Shown here one piece after another: positions 25,811-36,148 of a stretch of 64,000 nucleotides of DNA. Numbering within the stretch: the first letter of the stretch is position 1; each line of letters opens with the position of its first letter. The position numbers and the translations under genes were made by a program. This stretch comes from an uncultured Desulfobacterales bacterium. Lineage in GTDB: Bacteria > Desulfobacterota > Dissulfuribacteria > Dissulfuribacterales > QOAL01. The stretch spans positions 17,791-81,790 of the forward strand of contig CAZNKP010000028.1 in the NCBI GenBank assembly GCA_964573805.1, written 5' to 3'. The notes beneath the pieces were generated by a model. It was not told the DNA's origin. It worked only from the letters and a program-made list of their open reading frames with translations, and searched no databases.

Positions 25811-26788
25811 TTATTTATCTTTATTTTTTATTATTTTTGTATATGGAGCAATAATACTACCGTTTGGGATGTAACCATCTTCTATATAAGAAAACGAACC
25901 AATTGTAACGTTATCACCTATCGCTGTCTGTCCCTTCAAAACACAGCAATTACCAATGGTTACATCTTTGCCTACAGTTACCTCCTGTTCAACATATGTA
26001 GTATCAGGCATCATGAAAGTTACACCTCTGGCCATATGCCTACTACGCACCCTATTGAGCAATACCTTTTCGGCCGACACCAGCTGACTCCTGGAATTGA
26101 CTCCCATTGACTCTTCTTCTGAGGCCAAACCAAATGCACCTACCGAATAGCCTTTTTTTTTGGCAAGAGACACAATATCCGTAAGATAAAACTCGTTTTG
26201 GGCATTATTGCATCGCACCTCTTTAACCAGCTCAAACAATACTTGCCTGTCCGCTAAGTAGGTCCCAGTATTTATTTCTGTAACCCTGCGCTCCTGATCC
26301 GAAGCATCTTTTTCTTCTACTATCTTAGAAAAAACACCGTGCTCATCTCTAATAATGCGGCCATAACCAGTTGGATCTGTTAACACGGCAGACAAAATAG
26401 ACAACATATGTCCTGCCTCTTTATGGGCTTTTAAGAAAGCACTAAAGGTTGATTTTCTAAAAAGTGGGGTATCACCACAAACAATTAAAACATCACCGTT
26501 TTTAGCATTCACATACTCCTCTGCACATCTAACTGCATGTCCTGTACCTCTCTGTTCCTGCTGTACAACAAAATCGAGTCCCCATGAGCTGAATTCTTTC
26601 TTTACAAGTTCGCCCCCATGGCCAATAACTACAACTATCTTATCAATTTCAACAGCATACAAAAGATCAATTACATAAGACAATAGGGGCTTACCCAAAA
26701 GGGGATGCAAGACCTTCGGCAAAGCCGATTTCATTCTGGTACCCTTTCCTGCTGCTAATACAAGACCAATTACCTGACGATTTTTCAT
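25811..26788 (-). CDS. GlmU-like sugar-1-phosphate nucleotidyltransferase with a truncated left-handed beta-helix tail
   Basis: N-terminal LAAGKGTRM pyrophosphorylase signature and a GlmU-like core. Only about 85 aa of hexapeptide repeats follow, for 325 aa total against roughly 450 aa for the bifunctional GlmU I recall. Confidence 0.7.
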   Translation of the reverse strand: MKNRQVIGLVLAAGKGTRMKSALPKVLHPLLGKPLLSYVIDLLYAVEIDKIVVVIGHGGELVKKEFSSWGLDFVVQQEQRGTGHAVRCAEEYVNAKNGDVLIVCGDTPLFRKSTFSAFLKAHKEAGHMLSILSAVLTDPTGYGRIIRDEHGVFSKIVEEKDASDQERRVTEINTGTYLADRQVLFELVKEVRCNNAQNEFYLTDIVSLAKKKGYSVGAFGLASEEESMGVNSRSQLVSAEKVLLNRVRSRHMARGVTFMMPDTTYVEQEVTVGKDVTIGNCCVLKGQTAIGDNVTIGSFSYIEDGYIPNGSIIAPYTKIIKNKDK

Positions 26789-26805
26789 GGTCTAATATTG
26801 ACCAT

Positions 26806-26841
26806 ATAAAAAAGAAAAGGCAAGCCTTTGGCTTGCCTTTT
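26806..26841 (-). terminator. Rho-independent terminator after atpC
   Basis: Minus strand reads AAAAGGCAAGCC aaa GGCTTGCCTTTT followed by CTTTTTTAT. Confidence 0.85.
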
Positions 26842-26867
26842 CTCCCCTCCCCTTGGAATATATCTGT

Positions 26868-27284
26868 CTAACTTAGTTTTCCAGCTACCTTAAGTCGGGT
26901 TAATGCCCTTGCCATGGCAGCCTTTGCCCTGGCTATATCAATATCCTCTCGGCCGCTCTCTGCTTCTTGAAGGCGTTTTTCAGCCCTCTCTTTGGCGCGA
27001 AGCGCCCTCTCTACATCAATATCCTCCGATATCTCAGCAGCTTCGGCCAATACCGTCATCCGATTCGCCGACACCTCAACGAATCCGCCGCTAACTGCTA
27101 ATCGAACAATATTACCATCCTTGTCATAGTGCATCTCGCCGATCTTTAACGTAGAGAGTATAGGAGCATGATTCGCCATTACGCCAAAAACACCTTCAGT
27201 ACCGGGTACCGTACAAAGATCTACCTCATCACTTACTACAAGTTTCGTAGGCGTAACTACTTCTAAATTGAGTTTATTCGCCAT
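26868..27284 (-). CDS. atpC: F-ATP synthase epsilon subunit
   Basis: 138 aa with a beta-sandwich followed by a helical hairpin. Last gene after atpD. Confidence 0.92.
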   Translation of the reverse strand: MANKLNLEVVTPTKLVVSDEVDLCTVPGTEGVFGVMANHAPILSTLKIGEMHYDKDGNIVRLAVSGGFVEVSANRMTVLAEAAEISEDIDVERALRAKERAEKRLQEAESGREDIDIARAKAAMARALTRLKVAGKLS

Positions 27285-27298
27285 TTTTACACCCTAAT

Positions 27299-28708
<1,410 letters not shown>

Positions 28709-28753
28709 CTACCTCCCACAGGGTAATAAACCCAAACTTTTTATATAAACTGC

Positions 28754-29638
28754 CTAACCCTTGAGTGCCTCGGCACCGCCAACAATGTCCATCAACTCTG
28801 CTGTAATAGAGGCCTGACGTGCCTTATTGTAGGCGAGGGTCAATTCATGAATCATATCCGAACAAGCCCTTGTTGCATTGTCCATTGCTGTCATTCGCGC
28901 CGCCTGCTCACTACATGCAGTCTCAAGCATTGCAGCCATTATCTGGACATTCACAAACATAGGCAACAAGATATCAAGAATCTCTTCAGGATCTGGCTCG
29001 TATATATACGCCGCCTTTGGTCCGCCTTTTTCTTCCTCTTCCACTTCTAACAAATCGGTGGCACTTATAGGAATTAATTTCTTTAATGTGGGCTTTTGAG
29101 TTACCACATTGACAAAGCGACCATAAAGCAGATATACCTCATCCAATTGGCCATCCAGAAACAGCCTTATACATTCCTGACCCGCCTTCCTGGCATCTAC
29201 CATTTCTATTCGGGCCATACAATCGGTAATCTCTATAGGCAAATCCACATCAGCCTTCGAAAAGTACTGATGACCTTTTCTACCTATACAGCCTACAGCG
29301 ACCTCTTTACCTTCGCCTTTCTTTTCATCAATAAACTTTTCTGCTGCAGCTATAATATTTGCATTAAAAGCACCACAAAGCCCCCTATCAGATGTAACTA
29401 CCAAGACCATGGATTTTTTCACATCCCGCTCTTCCATTAAAGGAAAGGCATTAGGATCCACCCTGCTAGCCAGTTGACCCATCACACCTGAAAACTTTCC
29501 AGCATAGGGCCTAAATTCTTCCATACGTTCCTGGGCGCCACGGAACTTGGCCGCAGCGACCATATTCATGGCCTTTGTAATCTGCTCGGTCTTTTTAATA
29601 CCAGTTATCTTTAGTTTAATGTCTTTTAAAGACGCCAT
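28754..29638 (-). CDS. atpG: F-ATP synthase gamma subunit
   Basis: 294 aa with N- and C-terminal coiled-coil helices (KITKAMNMVAAAKFR ... ITAELMDIVGGAEAL). Confidence 0.95.
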   Translation of the reverse strand: MASLKDIKLKITGIKKTEQITKAMNMVAAAKFRGAQERMEEFRPYAGKFSGVMGQLASRVDPNAFPLMEERDVKKSMVLVVTSDRGLCGAFNANIIAAAEKFIDEKKGEGKEVAVGCIGRKGHQYFSKADVDLPIEITDCMARIEMVDARKAGQECIRLFLDGQLDEVYLLYGRFVNVVTQKPTLKKLIPISATDLLEVEEEEKGGPKAAYIYEPDPEEILDILLPMFVNVQIMAAMLETACSEQAARMTAMDNATRACSDMIHELTLAYNKARQASITAELMDIVGGAEALKG

Positions 29639-29651
29639 TTATCCCGTCCTC

Positions 29652-31175
29652 TTATAGGTTGCGTGCGGTTTTGAACTGTGAAATGCACTCTGCTATTGCA
29701 TCCCTCATAACCTTGTCAAGCGAATCGGATATTTCCTGCTTTTCTCGTAACTCTTGATAGATTTGGGGATATTTCTGTTCTACAAAATCATACAGCTCCT
29801 TCTCAAAATCTTGAATAGCCGTTACTGGCAACTCATCCAAGAGACCTTTGGTGCCTGCAAAAAGCACAAGAACCTGCTTCTCCATTGGCAGCGGATTATA
29901 CTGAGGCTGCTTTAACAGCTCCACAAGACGTTCACCTCTGCGCAACTGTTTCTGAGTAGCCTCATCCAGGTCACTACCAAACTGTGCGAATGCTGCCAGC
30001 TCTCTGTACTGAGCAAGATCAAGCCTCAAGGTACCAGCCACCTGCTTCATAGCCTTGACCTGAGCGGCACCACCAACTCGAGAAACCGAGAGACCAACGT
30101 TAACCGCCGGCCTGATACCTGCAAAGAACAGTGATGGTTCGAGATAGACCTGGCCGTCTGTAATAGAAATAACGTTAGTTGGTATATAAGCAGAGACGTC
30201 ACCCTGCTGGGTCTCAATTATGGGAAGGGCGGTAAGACTTCCTGCCCCCAATTCGTCATTGAGTTTTGCAGAACGCTCAAGCAAACGGGAATGGTTATAA
30301 AAAATGTCGCCAGGATAGGCCTCACGTCCTGGAGGACGCCTGAGGAGAAGCGAAAGCTCACGATATGCTACCGCCTGCTTTGACAAATCATCATAAATTA
30401 TAAGTGCATGCTTGCCATTATCCCTAAAGTATTCACCCATAGCAGTAGCAGCAAAAGAAGAAAGATACTGGAGTGAAGCCGGCTCACTGGCACTACTAGC
30501 AACTACCGTTGTATACTCCATGGCCCCAGCTTTTCTAAGGGCCTCAACAACAAGAGCAACAGTAGCCTGCTTCTGACCAACAGCATTGTAAATACAGTAC
30601 ACATCTGTTTCTCTTTGGGCGATTATAGCATCCACTCCTATAGCAGTCTTACCAATCTGACGGTCTCCAATGATAAGCTCTCTCTGCCCCCTTCCGACCG
30701 GAGTCATTGCGTCTATGGCCTTTAGACCAGTATAGCAAGGTTCATGAACTGGCTTTCTCTCAATAACACCAGGAGCCTTCATCTCTATTCTGCGGAACTC
30801 GGTAGCATTGATGGGACCCTTTCCATCGATTGGATTACCCAAAGCATCCACGACCCTACCAAGCATGCACTCACCCACAGGTACCTGAGCGATTTTACCG
30901 GTGCGCTTGACCTGGTCACCTTCTTTAATGAGCGAACAGTCGCCCATGACCGCCACACCAACGTTATCCTGCTCCAGGTTCAAGGCAATACCCATGACGC
31001 CACCCGGGAACTCCAAGAGTTCCATGGTCATGCAATTGCGCACACCATAAACACGGGCAACATTGTCACCGACCGACAGAACTGTACCAGTTTCTGCCAA
31101 GTCAACGCTCTTTTCAAACTCTTCTATCTTCTTCTTTATTATATCGCTAATTTCGGATGCGTTTATCTGTGCCAT
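29652..31175 (-). CDS. atpA: F-ATP synthase alpha subunit
   Basis: Walker A (GDRQIGKTA). 507 aa. Start overlaps the atpH stop. Confidence 0.97.
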   Translation of the reverse strand: MAQINASEISDIIKKKIEEFEKSVDLAETGTVLSVGDNVARVYGVRNCMTMELLEFPGGVMGIALNLEQDNVGVAVMGDCSLIKEGDQVKRTGKIAQVPVGECMLGRVVDALGNPIDGKGPINATEFRRIEMKAPGVIERKPVHEPCYTGLKAIDAMTPVGRGQRELIIGDRQIGKTAIGVDAIIAQRETDVYCIYNAVGQKQATVALVVEALRKAGAMEYTTVVASSASEPASLQYLSSFAATAMGEYFRDNGKHALIIYDDLSKQAVAYRELSLLLRRPPGREAYPGDIFYNHSRLLERSAKLNDELGAGSLTALPIIETQQGDVSAYIPTNVISITDGQVYLEPSLFFAGIRPAVNVGLSVSRVGGAAQVKAMKQVAGTLRLDLAQYRELAAFAQFGSDLDEATQKQLRRGERLVELLKQPQYNPLPMEKQVLVLFAGTKGLLDELPVTAIQDFEKELYDFVEQKYPQIYQELREKQEISDSLDKVMRDAIAECISQFKTARNL

Positions 31176-31726
31176 TATCCTATTTCACCCCTCCCTATAG
31201 ATTCTTTAAAGCCTTCTAGCTGGCTTTTTATACTACCATCCCAGACCTTATCGCCAACCTTTGCAATAACCCCACCTATAATTTCGGGGTCTTCAACAGC
31301 CTCTAAAACCACTTGCTTCCCAGTGAGCTCAGAAAATGCCTTTTGCATCTGCTTTTGCAGATCCTTTTTGATCGGAACAGCCGTAATAACCTTGGCCCTC
31401 ACGATCCCCATTTGCTCATCCATGAGCTCCTGATACGCACTGGCTATGAGGCCTAAGTAATGAACTCTGTTGTTTTGAACCAGAATTCTCAAAAAGTTGG
31501 CCATGGTCTTGTCAACACCTGCGGCCTTGATAAGCTCCTCCACAACCTCCTGCTTGACATCCAACCCTATCACCGGGCTTTCCAGGGCGGCCTCTATATC
31601 AGGATTTGCTTTGAGGAACTCATTGAGAGCCTGAAGGGTCTCATTAAAGGCCTGCAGTTTATCCTCCTCTTTGCCTGCAGCAAAGAGCGCCTTTGCATAC
31701 CTTCTTGCTAATACTGTGCTAATCAA
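31175..31726 (-). CDS. atpH: F-ATP synthase delta (OSCP) subunit
   Basis: 183 aa. OSCP-type N-terminus (ARRYAKALF) and C-terminal [17 protein letters not shown]. Confidence 0.9.
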   Translation of the reverse strand: MISTVLARRYAKALFAAGKEEDKLQAFNETLQALNEFLKANPDIEAALESPVIGLDVKQEVVEELIKAAGVDKTMANFLRILVQNNRVHYLGLIASAYQELMDEQMGIVRAKVITAVPIKKDLQKQMQKAFSELTGKQVVLEAVEDPEIIGGVIAKVGDKVWDGSIKSQLEGFKESIGRGEIG

Positions 31727-32448
31727 TTTTTATGCACCACCCTTTCAAGGTATTCACTGATGAGCCTCGATTGATCTTGCTCAGTCAGATTCTTCCTTAT
31801 TATTTCTTCAGCCATCTTGACAGCCATATCTGCCACTTCTTTTTGCAGCTCTACCTTCGCCTTGGCAAGCTCCTGCTGAACATAAAATTCTGCCTGGGCT
31901 TTTATACGTTCTGCGGCAGCCTTGGCCTGCTCGATAATAGTATCCCTTTCCTTTTGACCTTGGGCCACAAAATTTTCAAGGATTTTCTTAGCCTCCTCAT
32001 CCATCCCAGACAGCTTCTGCTCATACTCCTTAAAACGCGTAGCAGCCTCTTCCTTCTTGGCCTCAAGCTCTTCAAAGGCCTTAGCAATAGACTCTTGACG
32101 GCCTTTCAAACTATCAGCAATGGGCTTTTTCAAATACTTAACAAGGATGATCACCAACAATGTAAAATTCAGACAGTGCCATATAAAGTTCATCACTTGT
32201 ACGCGAGTCAGGCCATGATGCTCTCCATGCCCACCACCATGGCCGCCCGAGGCCTCGTGAGAAGCCTGCTGGCCAGCAACCTCATGAACAGCTTCACCAT
32301 GAGCCGCTGGGGCTGTTGCATGTGCCGCCTCCACCGCTACAGAGGGCGCCTCATGCGCCGACCCTGCCTCTTCCGAAAACACTGGGCTAGCTACATAAAA
32401 AAGCATGCCCAGACTAAAGAGCAACACCATAACAAATCTTCTAGACAT
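31723..32448 (-). CDS. atpF: F-ATP synthase subunit b with signal-like, His-rich N-terminal extension
   Basis: The C-terminal 155 aa form a typical b subunit (TM helix NFTLLVIILVKYL, then a long charged helix). ATG 32448 is coupled to the b' stop as TAATG. Residues 25-80 are Ala/His/Glu-rich. Confidence 0.88.
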   Translation of the reverse strand: MSRRFVMVLLFSLGMLFYVASPVFSEEAGSAHEAPSVAVEAAHATAPAAHGEAVHEVAGQQASHEASGGHGGGHGEHHGLTRVQVMNFIWHCLNFTLLVIILVKYLKKPIADSLKGRQESIAKAFEELEAKKEEAATRFKEYEQKLSGMDEEAKKILENFVAQGQKERDTIIEQAKAAAERIKAQAEFYVQQELAKAKVELQKEVADMAVKMAEEIIRKNLTEQDQSRLISEYLERVVHKN

Positions 32449-32873
32449 TAAACGGCCCTCCCAAGCAACTTTTGCGCTATTTCTACTGCAAACGATTCGG
32501 CCTTGGCCTGCAACTCTTTCTTGGCAGCCTCAATCTGGCTGGTAAGCTGACTCATCAACTCTTGCCTTTTAGCCTCCGCCTCCTGCATACTTTCCTCCAA
32601 GAGCTTCTGCTCAAGCTGCCTGGCCTCCTCACGCAACTTCTCGAACTCTGCCTTGCCAGCTTGCCTTGCCTCCCGAAGCTTTCTCTCATAATCTTCAATG
32701 AGACTCTTAATCCTGTCCTCAAACTTCACAGCCTCAGCCTCTATCGCATCCATTTTTTCTTGCCTCTCCTTAAGAATGCGCCTAATGGGCTTATAAAGCA
32801 TTGAATTGAGGACCACAATCATAATAAGTACGCCAATAATTTCCGCTACAATTGAAAGGTCTATAGTTATCAT
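32448..32873 (-). CDS. F-ATP synthase subunit b-prime
   Basis: 141 aa with a single N-terminal TM helix and a long Glu/Lys/Ala helix. First gene of this atp block. Confidence 0.85.
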   Translation of the reverse strand: MITIDLSIVAEIIGVLIMIVVLNSMLYKPIRRILKERQEKMDAIEAEAVKFEDRIKSLIEDYERKLREARQAGKAEFEKLREEARQLEQKLLEESMQEAEAKRQELMSQLTSQIEAAKKELQAKAESFAVEIAQKLLGRAV

Positions 32874-32921
32874 AAGGTCTCCTACCCCGAAGGCTAACTA
32901 GCCGAAATTCTAATAAATTAA

Positions 32922-32937
32922 AAATGAAGCTTCATTC
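32922..32937. promoter_or_regulatory. Palindromic box AAATGAAGCTTCATTC in the atp leader (candidate operator)
   Basis: The core AATGAAGCTTCATT is a perfect 14-bp palindrome. The 16-nt box matches the dsrA-leader box at 5482-5497 at 15 of 16 positions. Lies 49-64 nt upstream of the atp b' start. Confidence 0.3.
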
Positions 32938-33010
32938 ATTAAATTTTAGAAGTAGCTTTTACATTATTTGAGACGTCCTGTCAACGTCTTTTAAATTATT
33001 TTTGCCTAAA

Positions 33011-33664
33011 CTATACGCCTCTTTGGCACCCCCAGATCACCTTATGAAGCTGGATTTGCAATCTGGCTTCCAAGCGATCTTCAAGTAACCATTGAGCCAG
33101 CCTAGATGGTCTAACTAACTTGTAGCCAGGAGAAAAAATAACTGAGGTAAAAAGCCAAAGGGCCCGGCTTCGGACAATTTTTGAACTCCATATATAGTCC
33201 GCGTAAGATGTTATTACAAATTTTATTTCATCATTACTACCAATAAAACGTAGATTCTCCTCTAAAAAACTATCACCATATCCACTGCCAGGAGTCTTCC
33301 AATCAACCACTTTTACAACTCTTTTGGGTACAGATGACAATAAAATTGTACCGTTGGTCTCCAGCAAGCATTTGGCTCCCTTTGACAGCAACCGCTCCAT
33401 AAGTTCGTATACCGGGGGCTGCAGAAGGGGCTCCCCTCCTGTTATCAAGACGAAACGGATCTTGCTTTCAAGCCATTTGTCAATAAGCTCATCAACAGAT
33501 AACTTGAATCCTCCCCCATAGGCAAAAGTAGTATCACAATAAGAACAACGCAGATTACAACCAGTCAGACGGATAAAAAAAAATGGCAACCCAGCATGAG
33601 ACCCCTCTCCCTGGATACTAGTGAATATCTCGCAAATCCGAAGCAAGGATTTATCCGTTGACAT
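33011..33664 (-). CDS. queE: 7-carboxy-7-deazaguanine synthase (radical SAM)
   Basis: EIFTSIQGEG and CNLRCSYCDT motifs. 217 aa. Confidence 0.9.
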   Translation of the reverse strand: MSTDKSLLRICEIFTSIQGEGSHAGLPFFFIRLTGCNLRCSYCDTTFAYGGGFKLSVDELIDKWLESKIRFVLITGGEPLLQPPVYELMERLLSKGAKCLLETNGTILLSSVPKRVVKVVDWKTPGSGYGDSFLEENLRFIGSNDEIKFVITSYADYIWSSKIVRSRALWLFTSVIFSPGYKLVRPSRLAQWLLEDRLEARLQIQLHKVIWGCQRGV

Positions 33665-33674
33665 CGATAAGGCT

Positions 33675-34049
33675 CTAATCTTTGAAATACTCTACTCCTG
33701 ATGTCGGGGTCTCTTTAACCTCAACACTAACAGGAGAAATCCCAGCAAAAGACCTTAACTTGTCCTCAAGCCTTTCGTAAATATACCTAGCAAGTCTTTC
33801 TGAAGAAGGATTTATTTCCCTAAACTGCGGAAGCTCGTTCAGGTTTTTGTGATCGAGCTCATCCATTATCTCTGCTACAATTTTCTTAAGGTCCCTAAAA
33901 TCTATGGCAACATCGATCTCGTTTAGTTCCTTGGCCTTGACAGAAACCGTCACCTCCCAGTTGTGACCATGAAGATACTCACAATTCCCTGGATAATTAC
34001 GTAAATAGTGCGCTGAAGAAAAATGTGTCTTTATAAATACCTTGTACAT
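33675..34049 (-). CDS. queD: 6-carboxy-5,6,7,8-tetrahydropterin synthase
   Basis: 124 aa with the PTPS fold. CEYLHGHNW zinc-ligand motif. Confidence 0.9.
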   Translation of the reverse strand: MYKVFIKTHFSSAHYLRNYPGNCEYLHGHNWEVTVSVKAKELNEIDVAIDFRDLKKIVAEIMDELDHKNLNELPQFREINPSSERLARYIYERLEDKLRSFAGISPVSVEVKETPTSGVEYFKD

Positions 34050-34075
34050 AAGAAAATAAAATCCCTTTTATTTGA

Positions 34076-34759
34076 TTATATTCTTGGTCCAAAAAGGGCC
34101 GTTCCTATCCTAACGATAGTGGCACCTTCTTCTATGGCTATTTCAAAGTCGCTTGACATGCCCATTGAAAGCTCGGAAAAATCAAGATGTGGATAACTGT
34201 TGGAAAGGTCATCTCTTAACTGGACCATCTTTTTGAACCACTGTCTTGCATCTTCTGGAGTGCTGGAAAAAGGATGAATAGTCATCAACCCCTTAAATTC
34301 CAAGTTAGATAGGCTATCCAATTCATCTAACAAAGCAGGGACCTCTTTGGGGGTCATCCCATACTTTGATTGCTCGTCAGCTATATTGACCTGAACAAGT
34401 ATCTTAATACGCCTGTCTAGCTCCTTGGCCTTTCTGTCTAAGGCCTTAGCCAACTTGAAAGAATCAACGGTTTCTATCCAGTTAAACCATCTCACTGCAT
34501 ATTTCACCTTATTGCGTTGCAGATGACCAATAAAATGCCACTGAATATCTTTAATATCAGAAAGCTGCTCAATCTTCGAGATAGCCTCCTGGATATAGTT
34601 TTCACCGAATATTCTCTGACCACAATCATACAATGCCCGGATCATAAACGAAGGCTTTTTTTTGCTTACAGCCACTATTGTTATATCGGATGCATCTCGG
34701 CCAGAACGCTTGGCAGCAACCGCAACCCTCTCTTTAATATAGTTTAACCGTTCACACAT
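34076..34759 (-). CDS. YggS-family pyridoxal-phosphate homeostasis protein
   Basis: 227 aa. VAVSKKKP (PLP lysine), [10 protein letters not shown], and [21 protein letters not shown]. Confidence 0.9.
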   Translation of the reverse strand: MCERLNYIKERVAVAAKRSGRDASDITIVAVSKKKPSFMIRALYDCGQRIFGENYIQEAISKIEQLSDIKDIQWHFIGHLQRNKVKYAVRWFNWIETVDSFKLAKALDRKAKELDRRIKILVQVNIADEQSKYGMTPKEVPALLDELDSLSNLEFKGLMTIHPFSSTPEDARQWFKKMVQLRDDLSNSYPHLDFSELSMGMSSDFEIAIEEGATIVRIGTALFGPRI

Positions 34760-35370
34760 GGTTTTATAGCTCCTAACTCCAGAAGGTCTTTCACCAGTTC
34801 GGTTACAGGAAGCCCTACTACATTAGTATACGATCCTTCTATCTGACGAACCAAAAACGCTCCGGTACCCTGAATGGCATATCCTCCTGCCTTATCATAA
34901 GGCTCGCTAGAGTTACAATAGGCACACAAAACATCTCTGTTAATGACATCGATAAACACCCTAGAGACTACCGTCCTCTTTCTAAGCTGGCCTTTTTCTC
35001 TTCTAAAAAGCGCAAAACTTGTATATACTTTATGCCATCTCCCGCTCAACCGAGCAAGCATGTCCACTGCATGCTCAAAGTTAACAGGTTTGCCAAAAAT
35101 CTTGCCACTACAATAAACACAGGTATCTGCACATATAATAACATCTGCACTACATAGATCCTTAACAGCTTCGAGCTTTAAAATGGCATTTTGCATTGTC
35201 AGCTTGTCGGGATAAAGCCCCGAAGAATCATCAAGTTCTCGCACTCTCCCAGTACAAACAGAAAAGCTCAAACCCAGTTGTCTTAACAGATCGCGACGTC
35301 GCGGAGAACCTGAACCCAAAACTATGGAGCAGGAAGAACAAAAAGGTCCTTGGCATTTTTCGTGGTACAT
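34744..35370 (-). CDS. maf: Maf-family nucleoside triphosphate pyrophosphatase
   Basis: LGSGSPRRRDLL motif and C-terminal AGGYAIQG. Overlaps tatD by 49 nt, so the start is uncertain. Confidence 0.85.
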   Translation of the reverse strand: MYHEKCQGPFCSSCSIVLGSGSPRRRDLLRQLGLSFSVCTGRVRELDDSSGLYPDKLTMQNAILKLEAVKDLCSADVIICADTCVYCSGKIFGKPVNFEHAVDMLARLSGRWHKVYTSFALFRREKGQLRKRTVVSRVFIDVINRDVLCAYCNSSEPYDKAGGYAIQGTGAFLVRQIEGSYTNVVGLPVTELVKDLLELGAIKPCVNG

Positions 35371-36113
35371 GAAGCCACCTCTGCATAATCCATCCCTTTT
35401 ATTCTGGCTATTGTCTCAGCAACATAACGCACTCTCGCAGGCTCATTCGGCTTGCCGCGAAAAGGAACAGGACTAAGAAACGGAGAATCTGTTTCTATCA
35501 AAATACGGTCTATTGGAACAAAGCGGACCACCTTTCTCAGGGCTTCCGCCTTAGGAAAAGTAACCACCCCTGTAAAAGAAACATAAAAACCTAGATCTAA
35601 CACTCTCCTGGCATCTGCCTCTGTGCCTGAAAAACAGTGGAACACCCCAAGCAGTTGACCTTTTTTCAAAAAACCCTTTATTATTTGAATACAATCTTCA
35701 AGAGCGTTACGGGCATGAATAATCACAGGCAACGACCTATCAAATGCTGCCTGCAACTGAACTTCAAAGACCTCTTTCTGTACCCTTTTAGGTGTACGAT
35801 CCCTATAATAGTCAAGGCCAATCTCACCCCATGCCCTTACCTTAGTATGTTGGCACAATTTCTTTAATATAACCAAGGCATCCTTAGAAAACCTGCTGGC
35901 ATCATTTGGATGGAAACCAACAGCTGCAAAAACATCATCGATCTCGCGAGCAAAATGGACTGCAGCCTTGGAACTTTCCACATCTATACCAACTGATAAA
36001 ACAGCTCCAACTCCTTCATGCCTAGCCCTCTCCAGCACAGAACATATTGTCTCCTTGTCTTGGCTAATCATATCAAGATGAGCGTGGGTATCCACCAATA
36101 GGCTACCTATCAT
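35322..36113 (-). CDS. tatD: TatD-family metal-dependent hydrolase
   Basis: DTHAHLD, GEIGLDY and ETDSPFL motifs. 263 aa. Confidence 0.9.
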   Translation of the reverse strand: MIGSLLVDTHAHLDMISQDKETICSVLERARHEGVGAVLSVGIDVESSKAAVHFAREIDDVFAAVGFHPNDASRFSKDALVILKKLCQHTKVRAWGEIGLDYYRDRTPKRVQKEVFEVQLQAAFDRSLPVIIHARNALEDCIQIIKGFLKKGQLLGVFHCFSGTEADARRVLDLGFYVSFTGVVTFPKAEALRKVVRFVPIDRILIETDSPFLSPVPFRGKPNEPARVRYVAETIARIKGMDYAEVASCTTKNAKDLFVLPAP

Positions 36114-36148
36114 TTCTTAATACCTTTATAAAAATGGAGTAAAAATAT

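Noticed and set aside
31732-32451. A 239-aa plus-strand ORF almost exactly coextensive with atpF. Similar cases: 32472..32804 antisense to b' and 30744..31433 antisense to atpA/atpH.
   Set aside because: Antisense frames of Glu/Lys/Ala/Leu-rich coiled-coil genes are naturally free of stops. The Leu/Phe/Ser-rich translation has no recognisable fold or SD, and the minus-strand reading is a clear ATP synthase subunit.
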